Positions 50,548-58,665 of a DNA stretch of 64,000 bases are shown one piece after another. The position numbers were made by a program, and so were the translations under genes. The DNA is taken from contig JACPGX010000002.1 in NCBI GenBank assembly GCA_016188865.1, positions 130,398 to 194,397 on the forward strand, given 5' to 3'. A model generated the notes under the pieces. The model had not been told where the DNA came from and did not search any database. It saw only the letters and a program-made list of their open reading frames with translations. Numbering within the stretch: position 1 is the stretch's first letter; each line of letters begins with the position of its first letter. This stretch comes from Candidatus Nealsonbacteria bacterium (GTDB lineage Bacteria > Patescibacteriota > Minisyncoccia > Minisyncoccales > MHMH01).

Positions 50548-51686
50548 TCAAAAAGTTGTATAATGCCACCCAATTTTAGACTCCGCGGGCATTTTAAATA
50601 GTTGATTAATAGATTGGTTTTGCAGTTGTCCCCGCAGCAGTTTTTGTTCCTGCCACTGCATCATAAATTGTACCGGAGATAGCTTGTTTTGGAAAGCGCA
50701 GTGGACTCTTTCTGTGTTGTAAAAAATCAGATAATCAACGAGCCTTCGGTTGAATTTGTCAGGATCAATCAAGAGATAGGCGAAGTAGTCGATGAATTCT
50801 TCCTGGATAGTCCGGTTAAATCTTTCGACATGAGTATTCATTTGAGGGCACTTGGGATAGGTGTGGTAATGGGTGAGGTGGAGTTCTCTCAACCTTTCGG
50901 CAAAATGCTTCTTAAATTCAGACCCGTTGTCGGTTAAAACCCAAAGAAGGTTGAATGAATACGGAAATACTTTAAGGCATAACTCAAAGAATTCTTCGGC
51001 TGCCTTAGAGGCGTGGGACTTGGTTGACCAAGCAAAGCTGAAGCGGGTATATATGTCTTCAAAAGTAATGACGTATCTGCGGCAGCCGTTGATTATCTTT
51101 TCTATCGTATCTAAAGCGATTAAATGGCCCGGGTATTCTGGTTTCAGGTCTTTTGGCTTCCTTAATACCTTCTGGCGCTTAATTGGCTTTATCTTGCCAA
51201 AGTGGGATATCTTCCTGGGAAACACCCTCATTTTATCTGGAGCGTCAGCGATAATCCGAGCAATAGTTCTCGGCTGAGGACACTTTAAATTGCTCGTCTT
51301 GCAGAAAGACGATAATAGAGGATAAATCTTTTCTGGGCCTAAGTTGGGGTGTTCTTCTATGTCTCTGATGCTCCTAATCTTCTGTCTTATCTCAAACGGC
51401 CAGATTCTCTTGCGTCTTGTTATGGGAACGCGTTTCTTGTCGTTAAGGGTCTCTAATTTACCACCTCCTTCTTTGAATTTCTTCTTCCAGAGAAAGAGAG
51501 TCGGCTTTTTTCTGGGAAAGCGTCCATTGTTGCCTCAAGGCCGTGCTTTTCCCAGAAGACTAATACCTTGGCCTTGTATTTGGCTTTTTCCGTAATCATA
51601 TACCGGTATCTTAACCCGTCGTTGTAGACGGTCAAAAACCCCTTGATGCCGGTATATTTGCAATGAATATGATTAAAAAACTCCAT
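50548..51686 (-). pseudogene. DDE (rve) transposase interrupted by a frame change at an A6 run (51506-51511)
   Basis: The N-terminal ORF (51686-51453) stops. The -1 frame continues KKPTLFLWKKKFKEGGGKLETLNDKKR... without stops into ORF 51231-50548 (DDE residues in LIALDT, TDNGSEF, ERFNRTIQEE). Confidence 0.7.
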
Positions 51687-51731
51687 GGCCTTACGGCCTG
51701 ACGGAGTCTAATATGTATCTGGCATTATGCA
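50557..51731 (-). mobile_element. IS element (~1.17 kb) of the rve/DDE (IS3/IS481-like) type with imperfect terminal inverted repeats
   Basis: IRs are TGTATAATGCCA...TTAGACTCCG (50557->) and TGCATAATGCCA...TTAGACTCCG (51731<-). The transposase lies inside. Confidence 0.7.
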
Positions 51732-52032
51732 TTTCCTCAGGCGACCATTCAGTTCTAAGTTTTTCATACACATACGACATCAAGGAATTATCAGTTTGCA
51801 ACTTCAAGGTGCGTCCGCGAAGGCTCTTCTCTTCCGCTTTTTCTTGAGCCTTTTCTGCTCTGTAAGATTTGGGATATCTGGCATTTCGCCAAACCTCACG
51901 AGTTACTGTACTGGGATGTCTGTTGATCCTGCCGGCTATTTCAGAGAAATCTTCTTCAACCCAGACTCCTCGACTAATTTCTTCCCTTTCGGCAAGGGTA
52001 AGCCTTTGATAAGTAGTAGTCATACCTTGCAT
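51691..52032 (-). pseudogene. IS30-family transposase N-terminal (HTH) fragment, truncated by the neighbouring IS
   Basis: LTLAEREEISRG......IAGRINRHPSTVTREVWRN...YRAEKAQ...LRTEWSPEE then diverges exactly at the IS inverted repeat. No catalytic domain follows. Confidence 0.65.
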
Positions 52033-52085
52033 TGTAATTCAGTCGAAGTTTTTGCGATAGTTTCTTGAACTCACGTTACAAAAAC

Positions 52086-52114
52086 TTGACAGATTAAAGT
52101 AATGGGTGTATAAT
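52086..52114 (+). promoter_or_regulatory. Consensus sigma70 promoter TTGACA-17-TATAAT
   Basis: ttgacagattaaagtaatgggtgtataat. Confidence 0.75.
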
Positions 52115-52150
52115 CTAGTAGAATAAAAAATCGCAGATAAGGAGGGCAAA

Positions 52151-52330
52151 ATGTTAGGCTTTTTTCTGGTTTTCGGTATTTGGTTTGCAGTGGGAGTACT
52201 TATGGGGGGATGTCTTGTATTAGATGAAATTGATGATTTTAGACTGAAAAGAAAAATGAGTAAGGAAGAATATAAAAAGTATAAAGAATACGAAGCAAGT
52301 GCAAACAACACTTATGGCGATCTGTTTTAG
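52151..52330 (+). CDS. Unannotated 59-aa single-TM protein
   Basis: SD AAGGAGGG sits 4 nt before the ATG. My translation is MLGFFLVFGIWFAVGVLMGGCLVLDEIDDFRLKRKMSKEEYKKYKEYEASANNTYGDLF. A consensus promoter lies upstream and a terminator downstream. Confidence 0.6.
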   Translation: MLGFFLVFGIWFAVGVLMGGCLVLDEIDDFRLKRKMSKEEYKKYKEYEASANNTYGDLF

Positions 52331-52454
52331 AAATCAAGACCTATTTATCCTTCGGTTTTCAGAAGTTAATGAAACCCTAGACCGCTAGGCACCGAATTAG
52401 ACCATTAGACACCGAGTGTTTAACAGACTAACTAACGATTTAATCAAGATAAAA

Positions 52455-52486
52455 TCCTAAGAGCACCAAAAACTCTTGGGCTTTTT
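52455..52486. terminator. Bidirectional terminator
   Basis: CCTAAGAGcaccaaaaaCTCTTGGGcttttt between the small + ORF and hicA. Confidence 0.6.
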
Positions 52487-52497
52487 GTTTTGGCCTC

Positions 52498-52716
52498 CTA
52501 TTTTTTGAGTAAATTGATAAAATCTTCTACCGACAGCTCGGCATCCCGTAATATTTTTCTTAAAAGACCCTTTCCTACAGTTTTGTGATCGTGTATAGTC
52601 AGCGATCTCTTAAGGGGATGGCCCAAACGAATATGGCTACCGCGTTGTCTAACTATGCGATAGCCAATCTTCATAAAAACTCGCGCAGCAATTCTTCCAG
52701 AAATAACGGGCAACAT
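52498..52716 (-). CDS. hicA: HicA-family mRNA interferase toxin
   Basis: 72 aa with G.RIVRQRGSHIRL.HP..R.LTI..H...VGKGLLRKILRDA. Confidence 0.8.
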   Translation of the reverse strand: MLPVISGRIAARVFMKIGYRIVRQRGSHIRLGHPLKRSLTIHDHKTVGKGLLRKILRDAELSVEDFINLLKK

Positions 52717-52738
52717 AAAAAATAAATAACAATAAAAA

Positions 52739-53047
52739 TTAGAGCGTAATTGTGTGTACGCTTAGCTCTCTGGGTTTATATGATTTAAGCATTTTCTGGT
52801 TTTCTTTCTCTTCTAAGCAAAGCCCAATAACCTCTCTAATGTTTTTGAGGCAGTCGTCTAAGGTTTTACCCTGAGAATAACATCCTTGAAATAATGGACA
52901 TTCGGCGATATAAAACCCATCCTCATCTTTTTCAATAATAACGGGAAACTGACGATTTTTAATATTAGTTAGAGAAAATTTCTTCATGGCTACATGATAA
53001 CTCCTTTTAAATTCTATGTCAAATTCTTGTGCTGGTTTATATGACAC
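52739..53047 (-). CDS. hicB: HicB-like antitoxin (UPF0150 fold)
   Basis: FPVIIEKDEDGFYIAECPLFQGCYSQGKTLDDCLKNIREVI. The true start may be the internal MKKFSL. Confidence 0.75.
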   Translation of the reverse strand: MSYKPAQEFDIEFKRSYHVAMKKFSLTNIKNRQFPVIIEKDEDGFYIAECPLFQGCYSQGKTLDDCLKNIREVIGLCLEEKENQKMLKSYKPRELSVHTITL

Positions 53048-53068
53048 CCTTCACTTAGGACTTGGAGT

Positions 53069-53089
53069 GTTAGACATTGAATGTCTAAC
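53069..53089. repeat. 21-bp perfect palindrome GTTAGACATTGAATGTCTAAC (copy 2)
   Basis: Identical to 25541-25561. Lies between tRNA-Gly and hicB. Confidence 0.85.
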
Positions 53090-53099
53090 ATATTGTTTG

Positions 53100-53170
53100 A
53101 GCGGGTGATGGGAATCGAACCCACGTAATCTGATTGGAAATCAGAGGCACTGCCATTGTGCTACACCCGC
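53100..53170 (-). tRNA. tRNA-Gly (anticodon TCC)
   Basis: GCGGGTG TA GCAC AATGGC AGTGC C TCTGA TTTCCAA TCAGA TTAC GTGGG TTCGATT CCCAT CACCCGC T. Confidence 0.9.
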
Positions 53171-53224
53171 CTTCGCTCGCTGAAGCGAGCTACGGCGGGC
53201 AGGCCCGCTAGCTCGCGTAAGCGA

Positions 53225-53415
53225 TGGTCGGAGAGTCGGGATTTGAACCCGAACTAAATCCTCCCCCGCCTGCTAGCGCCTTGAGCCTTCGGAGTACTCG
53301 GATTCGAACCGAGACTAAATCCTCCCAAAGGACTCGTGCTACCATTACACCATACTCCGGCGCAGGCGATTGGCGGGCAGGCAAAGGACTCGTGCTGCCG
53401 TTACACTACTCTCCG
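53225..53415 (-). tRNA. Interrupted tRNA-Pro: matched 5' and 3' halves separated in the anticodon loop by a 117-nt insert; encodes a 3' CCA
   Basis: 5' half is CGGAGAG TA GTGT AACGGCA GCAC G AGTCC TT. 3' half is GGGGA GGATT TAGT TCGGG TTCAAAT CCCGA CTCTCCG A CCA. The acceptor and anticodon stems of the halves are perfectly complementary. Confidence 0.6.
53289..53359 (-). tRNA. tRNA-Pro (anticodon TGG), nested inside the interrupted tRNA-Pro
   Basis: CGGAGTA TG GTGT AATGGTA GCAC G AGTCC TTTGGGA GGATT TAGT CTCGG TTCGAAT CCGAG TACTCCG A. Confidence 0.9.
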
Positions 53416-53423
53416 TATTTCGC

Positions 53424-53452
53424 AGTTTAGCATATTTTAATTTGGTTTTCAA
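53424..53452 (-). promoter_or_regulatory. Promoter TTGAAA-17-TAAACT for the tRNA-Pro/Pro/Gly cluster
   Basis: The minus strand reads ttgaaaaccaaattaaaatatgctaaact, ending 8 nt before the first tRNA nucleotide. Confidence 0.6.
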
Positions 53453-54427
53453 ATGAGAAAATGGTATAATTATAATGTGAGTTTTAAATGGATTTCGGAG
53501 GAATTGAATATTTTTAACAAGTGCCGGCAATATAGGCTCCGCCTTAAAGATTGCCCTCAGTTTTTGTTTCTCATAATGGGCATAGTTATTTCCGGTTCGG
53601 CTTTCACCACTTATGCCTTAGGCACTCGTTATTTTGTTGTAGAGCCAACCACAGTTTCTTTAATTGTCTTGGTTGTAACGGGAGTTTTGCTGATTATCAC
53701 TTTCAGCATTGTCAGGAGCATGGAAGGATTGGCTGAAGCGTCAAGATTAAAATCAGAATTTATCAGCATAGTTTCCCACCAGTTAAGGTCGCCCCTTTCT
53801 AATTTGAGGTGGGCCGCAGAAGTTTTAGTTTCGAAAGATTTTGGCGAGCTTGCGCCAAAACAAAAAGAATACTTAAAAATCATCCAGGAAAATAACGGGC
53901 GAATGGGCGAATTGGTTACCGACCTTTTGATGGTTTCCCGAATTGATGAAGGCAAGCTGCTTTTTGATAAAATTAAGTTTTCCTTAGAAGATTTGGCAAA
54001 AGAGGTTATTAACGGATTAAAAGTTTTAGCCGAAGCATCCAATGTGGCAATCAACCTTGAAGTTTCAGAAATTTTGCCGCAAGTTTGCAGTGATTATAAA
54101 ATGATTAAAATAGTCGTGGAAAATCTTCTAGACAATGCCATTCGCTATATCAAAGAAAAGGGCAAGGTATTTATAAAAATAAATAATAAAAATGATCATT
54201 TGCTTTTTGAAATAAGAGATACGGGAGTGGGTATTCCCAAGGACGACCAAAGGCATATTTTTCAGAAATTTTTCCGATCTCAAAATATTTTAAGGCAGCA
54301 GACTTTGGGCTCGGGCCTCGGCTTGCATATAACAAAATCAATTATAGAAAAATCCGGAGGTAAAATATGGTTTAAAAGCCAAGAGGGGGTTGGGTCGACC
54401 TTCTGGTTTACTTTGCCAATAAAATAA
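53453..54427 (+). CDS. Membrane histidine kinase (no obvious sensor domain)
   Basis: Two TM helices; H-box VSHQLRSPL; DNAIRY, DTGVGI, GLGLHI. The true start may be internal. Confidence 0.8.
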   Translation: MRKWYNYNVSFKWISEELNIFNKCRQYRLRLKDCPQFLFLIMGIVISGSAFTTYALGTRYFVVEPTTVSLIVLVVTGVLLIITFSIVRSMEGLAEASRLKSEFISIVSHQLRSPLSNLRWAAEVLVSKDFGELAPKQKEYLKIIQENNGRMGELVTDLLMVSRIDEGKLLFDKIKFSLEDLAKEVINGLKVLAEASNVAINLEVSEILPQVCSDYKMIKIVVENLLDNAIRYIKEKGKVFIKINNKNDHLLFEIRDTGVGIPKDDQRHIFQKFFRSQNILRQQTLGSGLGLHITKSIIEKSGGKIWFKSQEGVGSTFWFTLPIK

Positions 54428-54445
54428 TGAAATAAATATAAAAAT

Positions 54446-54820
54446 ATGCAAAAAATACTTTTTATCGAAGACGAGTCTGCCCTTCAAAAAACTTTCGGCG
54501 ATATTTTAACTGAAAGCGGTTATAATATGGTTTCTGCTACTGACGGCGAGCAAGGCATAAGGCTGGCAAAATCAGAAAAACCTGATTTAATTTTGCTTGA
54601 CTTGATTTTGCCGAAAATCCACGGCTTTGATGTTTTAAAACAGCTTAAAACAGATAAAGAAACAAAAAATATTCCCATCATTGTTTTGACAAATCTGGAA
54701 GGCGTTGGCGACGTTGAAAAAGCTTTGGAGTTTGGGGCTACCACCTATTTGGTTAAAGCTAATTATTCTTTAGAAGAAGTGGTAAAAAAAATTAAACAGT
54801 CGCTTGCGCCCAAAGAGTAA
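54446..54820 (+). CDS. Single-domain response regulator (receiver only)
   Basis: ILFIEDE....DLILLDLILPKIHGFDVL....PIIVLTN....K. Confidence 0.85.
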   Translation: MQKILFIEDESALQKTFGDILTESGYNMVSATDGEQGIRLAKSEKPDLILLDLILPKIHGFDVLKQLKTDKETKNIPIIVLTNLEGVGDVEKALEFGATTYLVKANYSLEEVVKKIKQSLAPKE

Positions 54821-54824
54821 ATTT

Positions 54825-56570
54825 ATGCGTGTTGAAGCGAGTCAATTAAGGGCATTTTTATTGGATGCAGGCTTGGTCACAAGGGAGCAATTTGGGCAGG
54901 CCTTGAAAAAGGCCTCAAAAACCAATCAAGACGTTGGAGATATTTTGGTTGCCGACAAATTAATCACAGAAGAAGAATTAATCAAGCTTCAATCATACAT
55001 TCTTGGCATACCCTTTGTCGATTTAAGAAAAGAAACAGTTCCCTTGGAGATTTTGAGCATAATACCCGAGCCTATGGCCAAGAAGCACAGCATCGTCGCT
55101 TTTAAAAAAAGCGGCAACGATCTTGAAGTGGCCATGCTTGATCCAGCCGACCTTAGAGTAACTGAATTTATAAAAAAAGAGATTGGCTTGAGAGTTTTGC
55201 CCAGGCTTACCAGCCCGGAGGGCATTAAAAATATTCTAAAGCAGTATCAAAAAACGCTGGAAGTTGAATTCGGAGAAATTATTAAGAGAGACGCTGAAGA
55301 TGTCAAACCTATCGCCGAAGAACGCATGGAAGAAAAATCAGAATTGGAAAAAATTGCGAAAGAACTGCCGATTGTCAGGATTGTTGACACTTTAATCAAG
55401 CACGCAATTTTAGGCAGGGCTTCCGATATTCATATCGAACCGCAGGAAAAAGAGGTAACGGTAAGATACAGGATTGACGGCGTTTTGCATGATGCCATGA
55501 CATTGCCGAGGCAAGTGCATTCTGGAATTGTTGCCAGAATTAAGGTGCTTGCCAATTTAAAACTCGATGAGCATCGCCTTCCCCAAGACGGACGTTTTAA
55601 AATAGAAACCGATGAATACAGGTATTCATTGAGAGTGTCTGTTCTGCCGGTTTTTGACGGCGAAAAAATAGTTATGAGATTGCTTTCAGAAACAGCCAAA
55701 GCTTTTACGCTCGAGGAGCTTGGTTTGCAAGACAATGCTTTAGAGCAAATTCACGATAACTTAAAAAAACCGGTCGGCATGATTTTGGTTACCGGCCCCA
55801 CGGGTTCTGGCAAAACAACCACCCTATATTCGATGATGGAAATTTTAAATAAGCCGGGGGTTAATATTTCCACAGTTGAAGATCCAATAGAATACCGCAT
55901 GCCCAGGGTAAATCAAACGCAGGTTAATCCCAAAATTGGGCTAACCTTTGCTTCGGGCTTGCGATCTTTAGTCAGGCAAGACCCAAACATTATTATGGTT
56001 GGAGAAATAAGAGACAACGAAACGGCTGGATTGGCTATTAACGCCTCCTTAACCGGTCATCTGGTTCTGTCTACTTTGCATACCAACACTGCGGCAGGCG
56101 CTATTCCCCGGCTGATTGATATGAAGGCCGAACCATTTTTAGTTTCCTCTACTTTAAATATTATTTTAGCCCAAAGATTAGTTAAGCGCCTTTGCCAGGA
56201 TAAGGAAAAATATTTTTTAAAAGAAGCTGAATTAAAGAACTTTGCGAAATATTTTGATTTAGCTACAATTTTAAAAATCCTCAAAGAAAAAAAGATATCC
56301 AAACCGAGGCAAACCTTAAAAGATATTCCATTTTTCAGGCCGAAGTCTACTAAAACTTGTCCCGAAGGATATAAGGGGAGAATCGGCATTTATGAGGCTT
56401 TGTCTGTCACAGAAACCATTAAAAGACTAATTACCCAGAAAGCAACTTCCGATGAAATTCAGCGTCAGGCAATCAAAGAGGGGATGATGACCATGGTTGA
56501 AGACGGCTTTATTAAAGCATCCCAAGGAATAACTTCGTTGGAGGAAGTGCTTCGCGTTATCATCGAATAA
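54825..56570 (+). CDS. pilB: Type IV pilus assembly ATPase PilB (GspE family)
   Basis: Walker A GPTGSGKTTT, Asp box, Walker B IIMVGEIRD, His box. Start at MRVEASQL, just after the regulator's stop. Confidence 0.9.
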   Translation: MRVEASQLRAFLLDAGLVTREQFGQALKKASKTNQDVGDILVADKLITEEELIKLQSYILGIPFVDLRKETVPLEILSIIPEPMAKKHSIVAFKKSGNDLEVAMLDPADLRVTEFIKKEIGLRVLPRLTSPEGIKNILKQYQKTLEVEFGEIIKRDAEDVKPIAEERMEEKSELEKIAKELPIVRIVDTLIKHAILGRASDIHIEPQEKEVTVRYRIDGVLHDAMTLPRQVHSGIVARIKVLANLKLDEHRLPQDGRFKIETDEYRYSLRVSVLPVFDGEKIVMRLLSETAKAFTLEELGLQDNALEQIHDNLKKPVGMILVTGPTGSGKTTTLYSMMEILNKPGVNISTVEDPIEYRMPRVNQTQVNPKIGLTFASGLRSLVRQDPNIIMVGEIRDNETAGLAINASLTGHLVLSTLHTNTAAGAIPRLIDMKAEPFLVSSTLNIILAQRLVKRLCQDKEKYFLKEAELKNFAKYFDLATILKILKEKKISKPRQTLKDIPFFRPKSTKTCPEGYKGRIGIYEALSVTETIKRLITQKATSDEIQRQAIKEGMMTMVEDGFIKASQGITSLEEVLRVIIE

Positions 56571-57785
56571 ATGCCCAGATACTCGTTTAGCGCTAAATTG
56601 CAAAATGGAGAGACATACTCCGGCACGCGAGAGGCCAAGGATGAGTATGATTTGGCTAAAACCCTTCGTCAAGAGGGCTATATTTTGATTTCAGCTGCCG
56701 CAGAAAAAGCAAAAAAATCTTTCTCGTTTTATTTCTCCCTATTGAATCAGGTATCTTCTAGAGAAAAAATGATTTTCACCAGAAATCTTAGAGTAATGAT
56801 CGGAGCCGGCGTTTCTCTGAATAGAGCCCTGAATACATTATCGCGCCAGACAAAGAACAATAAATTAAAGAACGCTCTGCTGGTTATGGAATCAGAAATA
56901 ACTAAGGGAAAAAGTTTTTCCGACGCTCTTTTGCAATATCCCGATATTTTTTCTCCCCTTTTTCGCAGCATGATTAGCGTGGGAGAGGAGTCGGGTACCC
57001 TGGAAAAAAATCTGACAATTCTAGCTAAACAAATGGAGCGCGAGCAAGAGTTAACATCTAAAATTCAAAGCGCCATGATTTATCCGATAGTGATTATTTT
57101 AACCATGATAGGCATCGGAGCCATGATGTTGGTAGTCGTAGTGCCAAAATTATCACAAATTTTCGAGGATTTGCAAATAAAGCTTCCTCTGACTACTAAA
57201 TTGGTAATCCTGCTGGGTAATTTTTTGGCTCAAAAATGGTATTTTGTCATTGTGGGTTTGATTATTTCTTTTATTTTGTTTCGGGCCGCTTTAAGAACAA
57301 AAACCGGCAAAAAACTGGCCAGTTCCCTGTCTTTCAAAATGCCCATAATTGCCGCTCTTGTTCAGAAGACTAATTCTGCCCATATAGTCCGAACGCTTTC
57401 TTCTTTAATAACTGCTGGCGTGCCTTTAGTGAGGTCTTTAGAAATTATTGCCGAGACTCTAACTAATTTTGATTACCAAAAGACTATTTTGGGAGCAGTT
57501 GAGGAGGTTAAAAAGGGGAAAAAATTGTCAGAAGCCTTAAAGCCTTATCCCCACCTTTACTCCCTAACGGTTATCCAAATGGTCGAGGTGGGGGAGGAGA
57601 CCGGAGAAACCTCCGATGTCTTGGAAAAGCTGGGAGATTTTTTCGACGAAGAAATCACCATGGCTACTAAAAATTTGGTAGCCGTCATAGAGCCGGTTTT
57701 AATGCTTATTATAGGAGGGGTCGTCGGTTTCTTTGCGATTTCTATGGTTCAGCCAATGTATTCGATGCTAAGCGGCCTTAAATAA
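56571..57785 (+). CDS. pilC: Type IV pilus platform protein PilC (GspF family)
   Basis: 404 aa with a duplicated T2SSF domain and three TM segments. Confidence 0.9.
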   Translation: MPRYSFSAKLQNGETYSGTREAKDEYDLAKTLRQEGYILISAAAEKAKKSFSFYFSLLNQVSSREKMIFTRNLRVMIGAGVSLNRALNTLSRQTKNNKLKNALLVMESEITKGKSFSDALLQYPDIFSPLFRSMISVGEESGTLEKNLTILAKQMEREQELTSKIQSAMIYPIVIILTMIGIGAMMLVVVVPKLSQIFEDLQIKLPLTTKLVILLGNFLAQKWYFVIVGLIISFILFRAALRTKTGKKLASSLSFKMPIIAALVQKTNSAHIVRTLSSLITAGVPLVRSLEIIAETLTNFDYQKTILGAVEEVKKGKKLSEALKPYPHLYSLTVIQMVEVGEETGETSDVLEKLGDFFDEEITMATKNLVAVIEPVLMLIIGGVVGFFAISMVQPMYSMLSGLK

Positions 57786-57786
57786 T

Positions 57787-58665
57787 ATGTTGCGCGGATT
57801 TACTCTTATTGAATTGATGATTGTTGTGGGGATCGTGGCGATCTTAGCTGCTTTGGCTGCCCCTGCCCTTAGAGATTTTTGGATGGATACTGATTTAGAA
57901 AATTCAGCTGAAGAAATTATTAATACTCTAAGGCTTGCTCAAAATAAAACCATTGCTTCAGAGGGCAGTTCGAATTGGGGAGTTTATTTTTCCATCAGCA
58001 CCTCCCCTTATCAGTATACTTTATTTAAGGGACAAAATTATTTGACTCGAGATGTTTTGTCAGACGATATTCACAAAATACCCGGAACTGTTTTAGTTTC
58101 AGAAGTAAATTTAAGCGGCGGCAGAGAGGCAGTTTTCAATCGGATCACCGGCAATCCCCAGCAGTCAGGTTTAATTACCATAGCTGCCAAAACTGACCTC
58201 TCTAAAACAAAAACTATTTATCTTGAAGAAAGCGGCCAAGCCGGATTAGCCGCTCCGATTTTACCATCTGACTTCAATAGGATTAAAGATTCCAGGCACG
58301 CGCATGTTGATTACAGCAGGTATATTTCTACCAGCGTGGAGAGCTTAACCCTTACTTTTTATTATGATAGCTCGCAGCAATTAGAAACCATTCCTATCAT
58401 TAATAATCTGAAAGACGGTCAAATTTATTGGGAAGGAGAGTTCAGCGTAGCAGGAACCATTCAAAAGATTAAAATTCACACTCATAGATTAAATGACCCG
58501 CTTTCTAATACCCAGTTTTCTATTCATCGGGACAGAAGATATAATACCAAGGCGCTAAAGGTTGGAATTTCAGGTGACAGCTCGGGAACCATAGCAGAAT
58601 ATTCAGCAGACGGATTAAATATTACTCATAATTCTATTTATGTTACAGACATTCAATGGCAATAA
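57787..58665 (+). CDS. Type IV pilin-like protein (large, 292 aa)
   Basis: Prepilin N-terminus MLRG/FTLIELMIVVGIVAILAALA. Confidence 0.8.
   Translation: MLRGFTLIELMIVVGIVAILAALAAPALRDFWMDTDLENSAEEIINTLRLAQNKTIASEGSSNWGVYFSISTSPYQYTLFKGQNYLTRDVLSDDIHKIPGTVLVSEVNLSGGREAVFNRITGNPQQSGLITIAAKTDLSKTKTIYLEESGQAGLAAPILPSDFNRIKDSRHAHVDYSRYISTSVESLTLTFYYDSSQQLETIPIINNLKDGQIYWEGEFSVAGTIQKIKIHTHRLNDPLSNTQFSIHRDRRYNTKALKVGISGDSSGTIAEYSADGLNITHNSIYVTDIQWQ

Noticed and set aside
52039-52311. 90-aa minus-strand ORF
   Set aside because: It has no promoter or SD and is Ser/Leu/Phe-rich. The opposite strand has a consensus promoter, an SD and a plausible 59-aa membrane peptide.
53265-53384. Group I intron in tRNA-Pro
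   Set aside because: The insert is only 117 nt, and 71 nt of it is a canonical tRNA. There is no room for the P3-P9 core and no recognisable P7/G-binding elements. It is kept as an unexplained insert instead.
53224-53530. ORFs 53224-53430 (+) and 53345-53530 (-)
   Set aside because: They are composed of tRNA gene sequence (the nested tRNA-Pro genes) and the tRNA promoter. tRNA cloverleaves explain the region.
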